DNA of 64,000 bases from Streptomyces griseus. Lineage in GTDB: Bacteria > Actinomycetota > Actinomycetes > Nanopelagicales > Nanopelagicaceae. Shown here piece by piece: positions 1-7,690 of this stretch. How positions within the stretch are numbered: position 1 is the stretch's first letter; each line of letters opens with the position of its first letter. The notes beneath the pieces are model-generated. The model was given only the letters and a program-made list of their open reading frames with translations, ran no database searches and was not told the DNA's origin. The stretch covers positions 56,648-120,647 of the forward strand of contig CAMCYO010000004.1 in NCBI GenBank assembly GCA_945884695.1, written 5' to 3'. Made by a program: the position numbers and the translations under genes.

Positions 1-2151
1 ATGAAAAACAACAACTCCTTGGGTTTCATTCAACGTTTCGTAAAGATCTGGATGGATGATTTGGGCCTTGCTCCATCCATGTCTGGCTGAAAGAAAAGGC
101 CTAATCATGTCGGACTTAACTGGTCCTGGGCGAAAGAGTGAAATATCAACGATGAGATCTGCAAATGTTTCGGGTGCTAATTTTCCGACGAGTTCGCGTT
201 GTCCGGGACTTTCTACTTGAAAGATTCCAAGAGTGCGCGTTGATTTAATAAGGTCAAAAGTTGGCTCATCATCTAACTCCACCGCATCAATATCTATGAC
301 TTTCTTCTCTGCACGCTCTATCTCAGAAACTGCATAAGCAATTGTGGATTGCATACGAACGCCCAAAATATCGAGCTTAAGTAATCCAATTGCCTCTACA
401 TCATCTTTATCAAATTCCACCATTGGGTAGCCACTGGCGTTGACTTGAAGTGGTACGCGGTCAAGAAATCCCGCGTCTGATAAAACAATGGCGCATGGAT
501 GCATAGCTAGATGTCGAGGCAGCCCATCTAGGCGCTCTGCCATAGCCAAAGTCATGGCGGTAAGGGGTGATGAAAGGTTAAGGCCTTGTAATTCAGGAAG
601 GCTAGCTAACGCCTTAGATATGTGGCGGGCGCGAACATGGGGCAATGATTTTGCAATCAAATCAATTTCCATTCCGGACATACCCAACGCTGCCCCTGTA
701 TCGCGAATGGCATGGCGAGCACGGTATGTATCAACCATTGCAACTGTGGCACACCGTGAAAGATTGCCAGGAGTACTCCACTTGGGATCTCCATAACGTT
801 TAAAAACTAAGTCATATATTTCAAGTCGCCTGGCAGATTCGACATCAATATCAATGTCAGGAAGTGCTCTACGCAATGGAGAACAAAAACGCTCCATCAA
901 TAAGCCATGACGCAGTGGATCTACTCCAGAAATTCCTAAGAGATGACAGATCAATGACCCTGCACCGCTTCCTCTTGCTGCAACTCGGATACCTGCACCA
1001 CGAGCCATATCGGAAATATCTGCAACTGTAAGAAAATACGATTCATACCCCAGCGTTGCAACAGTTGCTAACTCTTCGTCCAAACGCTTATGCGCCTTTG
1101 TGATAGTTGCACTATCGCTATAGCGCCAATTCATGCCTGCTTCAGAGCGCTTTCGTAGTAAAGATTGCATTTCTTTCTGCGAACTGGCTCCGACTACCGA
1201 AGGCTCGGGTAAATGGATTCCTCCTAGGCCAATGTCGCGAGTGGGAGAAAGAATTGCACGCTCTGCCCACTGAAACGTTGTAGCAAGTAACTGTCCTGCA
1301 TTGCGCTCTCCTGCAACTCGCGCAATCTCTTGGGCCACTGCAAACATCTCTTGACTTGATTTAAGAAATCCTTCTGCATTTGTGCGTTCTATATGGCGAG
1401 CATGCAAAGGAGTAAGTTGGCGGGCAGAATCTAATATGTCGGCAACGGGGCCATCTTCTCGTTCAAGCATGCGCACAGCATTTGTAAGAAGAGCATCAAT
1501 GCCATTATCTCGAGCAAAAACCAGGGAACGTCCAGCATGAGTGCTAGAGCGTGGCCCGTTTCCTGCGATTAAGTGAGAAACGCATTCAATTGCGCTGGAG
1601 GAAAAGTACTCGCGCAATTGCGCAAAAGATGCTTGAGCTATATCCGGACGTTGCCTGGCAAGTGCAATACCAACAGGTGATTCTGGGCCATGCAGTGCTA
1701 AAAGGTTTGTGCTGTACTGACTAAAACGATTGAGAAAATCCAGGGTAAGAATCGGTGTAGTGCTTCTTTGTAATACGCCAGATTGATGAATGCTTTTATC
1801 AAATCTTTGATGCGAAGGCTGATAGGTATGTAACGAACTCACGAGACGACAAAGCGAACTCCATCCCCCATCGCCATGTGCTAATAAAGTAATGCGCGGT
1901 AAGTTTTTTACCTCTTTTGTAAATGGAGTGCTTTCTACATCAATAGCAAGATTAATTCCGATAATCGGTGCAACTCCGTAATCAACGCAACTTTGAGCAA
2001 AACGTATTGCTCCAGCTAATCCATCGCGATCGGTAAGAGCTAGAGCTGGCATTTGATACTCACTTGCGCGAGCAACAAGATCACGCGGTTGCGTGGTTCC
2101 ATATTTAAATGAATACGCGCTATGGGTGCGCAAATGAATAAAAGTGTTCAT
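1..2151 (-). CDS. dnaE2: Error-prone DNA polymerase III alpha subunit DnaE2 (ImuC-type), N-terminal 717 codons; continues beyond left edge
   Basis: Absent from the ORF track because it has no stop in the window. My minus-strand translation from ATG (2149-2151) stays open in frame to base 1. It begins MNTFIHLRTHSAYSFKYG...ALALTDRDGLAGAIRFA (PHP domain). Later motifs are GYESYFLTVADI, RGSGAGSLICHLLGISGVDP, PDIDIDVES, LLKLDILG, FQVESPGQRE and LFRPGPV. A perfect SOS box heads the 2-gene cassette. Confidence 0.85.
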   Translation of the reverse strand, partial: MNTFIHLRTHSAYSFKYGTTQPRDLVARASEYQMPALALTDRDGLAGAIRFAQSCVDYGVAPIIGINLAIDVESTPFTKEVKNLPRITLLAHGDGGWSSLCRLVSSLHTYQPSHQRFDKSIHQSGVLQRSTTPILTLDFLNRFSQYSTNLLALHGPESPVGIALARQRPDIAQASFAQLREYFSSSAIECVSHLIAGNGPRSSTHAGRSLVFARDNGIDALLTNAVRMLEREDGPVADILDSARQLTPLHARHIERTNAEGFLKSSQEMFAVAQEIARVAGERNAGQLLATTFQWAERAILSPTRDIGLGGIHLPEPSVVGASSQKEMQSLLRKRSEAGMNWRYSDSATITKAHKRLDEELATVATLGYESYFLTVADISDMARGAGIRVAARGSGAGSLICHLLGISGVDPLRHGLLMERFCSPLRRALPDIDIDVESARRLEIYDLVFKRYGDPKWSTPGNLSRCATVAMVDTYRARHAIRDTGAALGMSGMEIDLIAKSLPHVRARHISKALASLPELQGLNLSSPLTAMTLAMAERLDGLPRHLAMHPCAIVLSDAGFLDRVPLQVNASGYPMVEFDKDDVEAIGLLKLDILGVRMQSTIAYAVSEIERAEKKVIDIDAVELDDEPTFDLIKSTRTLGIFQVESPGQRELVGKLAPETFADLIVDISLFRPGPVKSDMIRPFLSARHGWSKAQIIHPDLYETLNETQGVVVFH

Positions 2152-2159
2152 GGGATGCA

Positions 2160-2435
2160 TCAGATAGAAGTGATACGCCAATTACCCGTAACTTCATCGC
2201 GTTCGAGTTCGAAAGTTGTGAGCGCTCCAATGGGTGCCGCCTCTACTCGCCAGAGTGCGCGAGCGCGATCATCGGGTCTATGAATGCCATCGCTAATGCG
2301 GTTCCACCAGCCCCCTGCTTCGCACCATCTAGATAAAACGCTATAGATACGAAAGCGCTTGCCCGCGAAGGTGAACTCCACGGGGGTAGCGCCATCTGCC
2401 AAGACCTCTGGCTCCGGGGCTGTATTTTCGAACAT
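2160..2435 (-). CDS. Small conserved protein upstream of dnaE2 (ImuB C-terminal-like / DUF6504-like, tentative)
   Basis: The track ORF 2160-2492 starts at a TTG with no SD. The only ATG (2433-2435, in frame, residue 20) lies inside the SOS box. The stop is 8 nt before the dnaE2 start. The W-rich pattern RWCEAGGWWNR...WRVEA...GNWRI recalls, from memory only, the C-terminal tail of ImuB proteins. Confidence 0.55.
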   Translation of the reverse strand: MFENTAPEPEVLADGATPVEFTFAGKRFRIYSVLSRWCEAGGWWNRISDGIHRPDDRARALWRVEAAPIGALTTFELERDEVTGNWRITSI

Positions 2436-2443
2436 ATGTTCGA
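2428..2443. promoter_or_regulatory. LexA operator (SOS box) TCGAACATATGTTCGA, perfect palindrome
   Basis: Exact match to the actinobacterial/mycobacterial consensus TCGAAC-N4-GTTCGA. It sits at the head of the small-ORF/dnaE2 cassette, and its spacer plus right half contain the ATG. Confidence 0.85.
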
Positions 2444-2513
2444 AAAATAGCGCCTCCCTCTGACAAGGGCAAGTGGGGTTATCTAGGGCCAAATTGAGCG
2501 TGTCGGTAGCCTA

Positions 2514-2537
2514 ATATAGTTGAACTTTCAACTATAT
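2514..2537. promoter_or_regulatory. 24-bp perfect palindrome ATATAGTTGAA-CT-TTCAACTATAT in a divergent promoter region (candidate operator)
   Basis: Read directly: 11-bp arms and a 2-nt spacer, centred 55 bp upstream of the doxX start and about 90 bp upstream of the SOS box. Confidence 0.4.
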
Positions 2538-2580
2538 GCACTACCCTGATCTAGTCAGTACCCACCACTAAAGGAGTTTC

Positions 2581-2994
2581 ATGGACGCAGTATTAGCTAT
2601 CGGGCGAATCCTTTTCGCGCTACTTTTCATCTCATCAGGAATCAACCACCTCACAAAGCTCGAAGCAATGACCGGCTATGCCAAGTACAAGAAAGTCCCT
2701 GCAGCAAAGTTGGCAGTACTGCTCAGCGGAGTCATGCTCCTACTTGGTGGCGTATATGTAGCGCTTGGAATTTATGCAGACCTTGGCGCTCTCTTATTGG
2801 CAATCTTCCTGATTCCAGCAGCTCTTTTGATGCATGCATTCTGGAAAGAAACAGACCCAACAGCGAAAATGAATGAGAGCATCGCCTTTTTCAAGGACCT
2901 ATCACTAGCTGGCGCAGCGCTCATTCTCTTTGCGATGATTGCAAGCGGCGCAAACATCGGATGGCACATCACCTCTGCATTCTTTAACTTCTAG
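2581..2994 (+). CDS. DoxX family membrane protein
   Basis: 137 aa with 4 predicted TM segments. The sequence RILFALLFISSGINHL...LLMHAFW is typical of DoxX. SD AAAGGAG lies 5 nt upstream. Confidence 0.8.
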   Translation: MDAVLAIGRILFALLFISSGINHLTKLEAMTGYAKYKKVPAAKLAVLLSGVMLLLGGVYVALGIYADLGALLLAIFLIPAALLMHAFWKETDPTAKMNESIAFFKDLSLAGAALILFAMIASGANIGWHITSAFFNF

Positions 2995-3011
2995 ACACCA
3001 AGACAAAAGTA

Positions 3012-3045
3012 AGAAGCCCGTAGCGCGAAAGCGTTGCGGGCTTCT
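3012..3045 (+). terminator. Hairpin downstream of doxX (AGAAGCCCG...CGGGCTTCT)
   Basis: 9-bp GC-rich stem with an inner GCGC-GAAA-GCG stem. There is no strong T-tract. Confidence 0.45.
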
Positions 3046-3059
3046 GTCATGATCGGGCA

Positions 3060-3815
3060 ATGGAAATCTTAGGAGCCCTGCTAGCCGGTGCGTTCATTGG
3101 CTCAGTCTTAGGATTCGTTGGAGCAGGTGGGGCAATGCTCTCAGTCCCCATTCTTATCTACCTCTTTGCCTTCACTCCACACCATGCATCTACGGCAGCA
3201 CTTGCAATTGTTTTCGCATCTGCCACTGCAGGAGTAATACCTAAATTCAAAAAAGGTGAAGTACTCCTACGCGAAGGCCTAACGATTTGGCTCCTTGGAA
3301 TGGTTGCAAATATTGGGGGTTCGTGGGTTTCTCGTTTCATTAGCGATAGCGCTCTCTTATTTGGATTTTCATTAGTTCTCATTAGCGCAGCTACAACTAT
3401 GTGGATGAAACCACCTAAGCAGGAGCAGAGGCGAAAAATACCGCTCCTTCTCTTAATCATTTTTTCGTTGGCCATCGGCTTAATGACAGGGTTATTTGGA
3501 GTTGGTGGAGGTTTCCTTGCCATTCCTATTTTGGTTAAGTTCTTTAAAACTCCTCTTGCAAAAGCCACAGGTACATCACTTCTGATTATTGCTCTCAACT
3601 GTTCTACTGCATTTTTTGCTCATGCTAGTTCCTGGAAAGGAATCTCATGGCAAATCCCAATCATCATGGCTCTTAGCGCAATTATTATTTCAACCCTAGC
3701 ATCACAGCACAGCGCAAAAATTTCGCCGTTGATCTTGCGCCGGTCCTTTTCGATCGTGCTACTTTCTATTGCCGCATTTACACTTATCCATACATTCCTT
3801 TTAAGCAATTCATAA
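3060..3815 (+). CDS. TauE/SafE (TSUP, DUF81) family anion exporter
   Basis: 251 aa polytopic protein. The internal repeat motifs GxGGGxxxxP occur twice (GAGGAMLSVPIL and GVGGGFLAIPIL). Confidence 0.85.
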   Translation: MEILGALLAGAFIGSVLGFVGAGGAMLSVPILIYLFAFTPHHASTAALAIVFASATAGVIPKFKKGEVLLREGLTIWLLGMVANIGGSWVSRFISDSALLFGFSLVLISAATTMWMKPPKQEQRRKIPLLLLIIFSLAIGLMTGLFGVGGGFLAIPILVKFFKTPLAKATGTSLLIIALNCSTAFFAHASSWKGISWQIPIIMALSAIIISTLASQHSAKISPLILRRSFSIVLLSIAAFTLIHTFLLSNS

Positions 3816-3836
3816 CGCACAGTCAAGGATTACTTA

Positions 3837-4319
3837 ATGCCAACAGATCATCCCGCAGTTGAGAGAGTCCGTCAGGAACTTTTAGCGCATGGCTGCAATT
3901 CAGAAATTGAAACACTTTCAGATAGCGCACGTTCAGCCCTAGAAGCTGCGCAAGCGCTGAACATTGAAGTGGGACAAGTTGCTTCATCAATTGTTTTCAA
4001 ACTTCCCAGTGGAAATGCTCTTTTGGTCATTACAAGTGGCAGGCATCGAGTCGATACTCATTTAGTCGCTACAAATTTGGGGGTTGAAAAATTACATAGA
4101 GCGGACGCAGATTTTGTTCGAGAAAGTTCTGGATTTGCCATTGGCGGCGTGAGCCCACTGGGGTGGATTTCAAAACCAGAAATAATCCTTATTGATGAAG
4201 CGTTAAACGATTACGACGTGGTTTGGGCTGCAGCTGGCCACCCACATGCGGTGTATCCAACAACGTACGCCGAATTAATGAAGGTCACTGGAGCTAGGCC
4301 AATGATTGTCGGTGAATAA
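3837..4319 (+). CDS. YbaK/EbsC-type aminoacyl-tRNA editing (deacylase) domain protein
   Basis: 160 aa with the sequences SIVFK...LLVITSGRHRVD...FAIGGVSPLG...AAAGHPHAV. Confidence 0.75.
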   Translation: MPTDHPAVERVRQELLAHGCNSEIETLSDSARSALEAAQALNIEVGQVASSIVFKLPSGNALLVITSGRHRVDTHLVATNLGVEKLHRADADFVRESSGFAIGGVSPLGWISKPEIILIDEALNDYDVVWAAAGHPHAVYPTTYAELMKVTGARPMIVGE

Positions 4320-5118
4320 ATTGCAATTAGTTTCAAAAGTTTATGCGCAGAGTCCTAAAAAGCAAACGCTCCTACTCATACATGGAATGGGTTCGGCTTC
4401 AACTGCTTGGAAACCAATCTTGAATGAACTCTGTAATACCTTCACAGTTGTCACCGTTGATTTACCTGGTCACGGGCAAACTCCAATGGATAAAACTCAT
4501 CCCATGGATCCCCAATCACTTGCCCAAAGTGTTTTTGATTCGATGAATGAACTTGGATTTGAGAGCTTTCATCTTGTAGGAAATTCTCTCGGTGGATGGA
4601 TTGCCTTAGAAATGGCAGGCATGCGCCCACACCAAATCCACTCTGTTACTGGTATAGCCCCTGCCGGACTATGGCTTGCGCCATTTACTGCACGTTATCC
4701 GGGGACCGCGCTAGCGCGGATGCTTTCATCAACTATTTGGGTGGTGTCGCCACTTGTACTTCACTTTGAATGGGCACGAAAAATGGGTTTTTCCAATGTG
4801 AGCCCACGCTGGAAAGAGTTTTCTTATGAAACATGTCTGGATGCAACAAATGCAATGGCAGGCTCTGCTGGTTACTATCCTGCTTGGGATGCGCTTTTGA
4901 AGAAAAGATATGAGGGTCATATTTCACCAACAATTCCTGTAACTATAATTTTTGGCGATAGTGATAGAACTCTTCCTGCTTCAACTAGCCAAGAGCGCTC
5001 ACTCGTTCCATCACATGCACGATGGTTGGTGCTTACTGAGTGCGGCCATGCACCCATGTGGGATCACCCGAAACTCGTTGTGGATCAAATTCTCTTAACA
5101 GCTGGTGTTGGAAAGTGA
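4306..5118 (+). CDS. Alpha/beta-fold hydrolase
   Basis: LLLIHGMGSASTAW, nucleophile elbow GNSLGGW, C-terminal ECGHAPMWDHP. The TTG start overlaps the ybaK-like stop, so the start is uncertain by a few codons. Confidence 0.8.
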   Translation: MSVNKLQLVSKVYAQSPKKQTLLLIHGMGSASTAWKPILNELCNTFTVVTVDLPGHGQTPMDKTHPMDPQSLAQSVFDSMNELGFESFHLVGNSLGGWIALEMAGMRPHQIHSVTGIAPAGLWLAPFTARYPGTALARMLSSTIWVVSPLVLHFEWARKMGFSNVSPRWKEFSYETCLDATNAMAGSAGYYPAWDALLKKRYEGHISPTIPVTIIFGDSDRTLPASTSQERSLVPSHARWLVLTECGHAPMWDHPKLVVDQILLTAGVGK

Positions 5119-5777
5119 TTACAGTTCTTTATTTTTGGAAAATACCGACCAAACGTATTCCACGAGCCCTTTATTTTATGGCAACCCAAAAAGCACAATT
5201 GAAAAAAGTTCCCGGAGTTAATTTTGTTAAAGTGCTCGGAACCGGCAGAGGAGAAACTTTCACCCCGGCCGATGCTGATGTTCATCGCTGGGGATTTCTT
5301 GTAACAATCGATGAGAAGTTCCTCTCCCAATTTGATGAATCTGACATTATACAAAGGTGGCGCAAAGGTTCACATAGCGAATTTAGAGCAGTACTAGAAC
5401 CCATTTCCTCCCACGGAAAATGGTCCAGGCAAGAACCATTCACGCCAACCGCATTCGATAGGGAGAACATACAAATTGCGGCAATCACAAGAGCCCGAAT
5501 TAAGTGGAGTCAAAACTTTCGTTTCTGGAGATCAGTACCACCGGTGACATTAAGTCTTGCTAGATCCAAGGGACTCATTGGAGCAATCGGAATTGGTGAA
5601 GCCCCAATCGGCTTGCAAGGAACTTTTTCACTCTGGGATTCGGCTAGCGCACTGAAAGAATTTGCATATAAGGGCAAGGCCCATCAAGGGGCAATTCAAG
5701 CTACCTCTACGTATAAATGGTATTCAGAAGAATTATTTGCGCGCTTTGCAATACTCGAAGTACGGGGCTCACTCTGA
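5115..5777 (+). CDS. CrtA-family (spheroidene monooxygenase / CrtA-OH-like) carotenoid oxygenase
   Basis: The family-like N-terminus FWKIP...YFMA...VPGVNFVKVLGTGRGETFTP precedes the first ATG, so I place the start at GTG 5115 (GTGA overlap with the upstream stop). The C-terminal part reads TFSLWDS...AHQGAI...WYSEELFARFAI. Confidence 0.65.
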   Translation: MITVLYFWKIPTKRIPRALYFMATQKAQLKKVPGVNFVKVLGTGRGETFTPADADVHRWGFLVTIDEKFLSQFDESDIIQRWRKGSHSEFRAVLEPISSHGKWSRQEPFTPTAFDRENIQIAAITRARIKWSQNFRFWRSVPPVTLSLARSKGLIGAIGIGEAPIGLQGTFSLWDSASALKEFAYKGKAHQGAIQATSTYKWYSEELFARFAILEVRGSL

Positions 5778-5797
5778 GATAGGGCAGACTTAGCCCC

Positions 5798-6601
5798 ATG
5801 TCCATCCGTCATTACAGCTCTCGACGAAACCGAAGATCTGGAATCTCGCATCGGGCACAAGTTTTCTTGCAAACTATTTTAGCAATTTCAATTCTTCTTC
5901 AAATAAGTTATCCGCTTATCAACGGTGAAACGCTACGTCTAGTCACAATTGCCACCGTATATTCCAGCGCGCTGGCAATGGTCCTCCATGCCTATTACTC
6001 ATTCGGTTCGAAATACGTTGCAATCTATTTGCCCATTACATTGCTCTTTGGTTTTGGTATTGAGCAAATTGGAATGCGTACAACATGGCCATTTGGAAGC
6101 TACACATATGATTCAAGTTTAGGATTTCAAGTTTTTGGAGTTCCTTTAGTGGTTCCCTTTGCGTGGGTGATGATGGCCCATCCAGTGTTAGTTCTTGCTC
6201 GTCGTATTAGTAAGAATTGGGTCTTTCTCGTTGGTGGTATAGCGATGATGGGTTGGGACCTGTTCTTAGATCCACAGATGGTGGCGGCCAATCGTTGGAC
6301 ATGGACTTTTGATGGCGCACATGTCCCATTTCAAAGCGAAATCCCATTATCGAATGCATTCGGTTGGCTATTTGCCGGAATCGCAATTACAGCACTCCTG
6401 CATCTGCTACTCCCTCGGGATCGTCGTAAATCTAGTGCCGGATTTGCTGTTGTCGATATATTCCTACTCTGGACCCTATTTGCTGGTCTTATTGGCAACC
6501 TATTCTTCTTTGACCGGCCAGGTGTTGCACTTGTCGGTGGAATAGTTTTCGGTTCAGTGATCGCGCCATATGTGTTCTCACGCTGGCTTGGCCGACCTTA
6601 G
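5798..6601 (+). CDS. Carotenoid biosynthesis membrane protein (Caroten_synth / CruF-like 1,2-hydratase family)
   Basis: 267 aa polytopic protein with EQIGMRTTWPFGSYTY...GVPLVVPFAWVMMAHP...GWDLFLDPQMV. It sits inside a carotenoid gene context. Confidence 0.7.
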   Translation: MSIRHYSSRRNRRSGISHRAQVFLQTILAISILLQISYPLINGETLRLVTIATVYSSALAMVLHAYYSFGSKYVAIYLPITLLFGFGIEQIGMRTTWPFGSYTYDSSLGFQVFGVPLVVPFAWVMMAHPVLVLARRISKNWVFLVGGIAMMGWDLFLDPQMVAANRWTWTFDGAHVPFQSEIPLSNAFGWLFAGIAITALLHLLLPRDRRKSSAGFAVVDIFLLWTLFAGLIGNLFFFDRPGVALVGGIVFGSVIAPYVFSRWLGRP

Positions 6602-6613
6602 TAATCTCATACT

Positions 6614-7690
6614 GTGAAAATCGCACTCATCGTTCTACCAGCCTTACTGCTGATTAATACATGTCTCAACCTTCTTTTTCTCAAACGTCCATCAAAGCAA
6701 GTTCCAATCTCTCCAACCACAGTTGCTGTTCTGGTGCCCTTACGAAATGAAGCAGATAACGTTGTTAATCTAATCACTTCCTTAAAGCAACAAATAGGAG
6801 TTCCTAACCTTGAGTTTATATTGATTGATGACAACTCCACCGATGAAACTTTGCAACTAGTCACCTCTTGCAGTGATGGAGATAGACGTTTTCGAGTACT
6901 ACGTGGAGATGAACTGAAGTACGGATGGTTAGGAAAACCTTTTGCACTCGAACAAGGAGGTCGCGCAACTCATGCCGAAGTTATAGTCACAGTCGATGCT
7001 GATGTCCGCCTGAATCCAGATGCAATTTCGGCATCTTTAGATCTGATGGCAAGAAATAACTTCGATTTTCTCTCTCCATACCCTCAACAGATTGCCCAAA
7101 CATGGTCTGAAAGACTTATTCAGCCCCTATTGCAGTGGTCTTGGATGGCCACTGTCCCATTGCGCATTGCACAAAAATCTTCAAACCCGGCTTTCGCGAT
7201 CGCCAATGGCCAATTCTTTCTTGTAAAAAGTTCAAGTCTTGCAAAAATTGGTGGCTTTGCGGCGATAAAAAATGAGGTCCTGGATGACATCCAACTCGTT
7301 CGCCACCTCATGCGCGGTGGTTTTCATGGAGGCGTTGCAAATGGTTCATCAATCGCGCAATGCAAAATGTATTCCTCGTGGGCACAATTGCGCGACGGGT
7401 ATGGAAAATCCTTACGAGTTGCCTTTGGTGGAATCTTAGGAAATTTAGCCGCTGTGACTTTCTTACTTATCTCAGGAGTGCTTCCTTTCATTTTTGCTCT
7501 AACGGGCTCATTTGCCGGATTAATCGGATTCTTCTTCATTGTTTTCTCCCGTTTAATTTCAGCCTTCAGTAATAGATCCAGTATCAGTGACGCCGTTTTT
7601 CATCCATTCTCTATCGTGATTTTGCTCTATCTTCTGGCTCGTTCTTGGTGGCGAAGAGGCACTATCGAATGGAAAGGTAGAACGGTATGA
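6614..7690 (+). CDS. Family 2 glycosyltransferase (CruC/CrtX-like carotenoid glycosyltransferase candidate)
   Basis: VAVLVPLRNEADNV, ILIDDNSTDET, VTVDADVRL (DxD), with a C-terminal TM region. Its stop overlaps the next start (ATGA). Confidence 0.8.
   Translation: MKIALIVLPALLLINTCLNLLFLKRPSKQVPISPTTVAVLVPLRNEADNVVNLITSLKQQIGVPNLEFILIDDNSTDETLQLVTSCSDGDRRFRVLRGDELKYGWLGKPFALEQGGRATHAEVIVTVDADVRLNPDAISASLDLMARNNFDFLSPYPQQIAQTWSERLIQPLLQWSWMATVPLRIAQKSSNPAFAIANGQFFLVKSSSLAKIGGFAAIKNEVLDDIQLVRHLMRGGFHGGVANGSSIAQCKMYSSWAQLRDGYGKSLRVAFGGILGNLAAVTFLLISGVLPFIFALTGSFAGLIGFFFIVFSRLISAFSNRSSISDAVFHPFSIVILLYLLARSWWRRGTIEWKGRTV

Noticed and set aside
488-796. A 102-aa + strand ORF, the only track ORF in the first 2.1 kb
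   Set aside because: The region is fully occupied by the minus-strand dnaE2 reading frame, which is open for 717 codons and shows PHP and polymerase motifs. The + ORF is antisense noise.
5040-5114. The 5' extension of the CrtA-like ORF (MRPCTHVGSPETRCGS...)
   Set aside because: It overlaps the 3' end of the alpha/beta hydrolase gene in another frame. The family-like sequence begins at the GTG at 5115, which overlaps the upstream stop.
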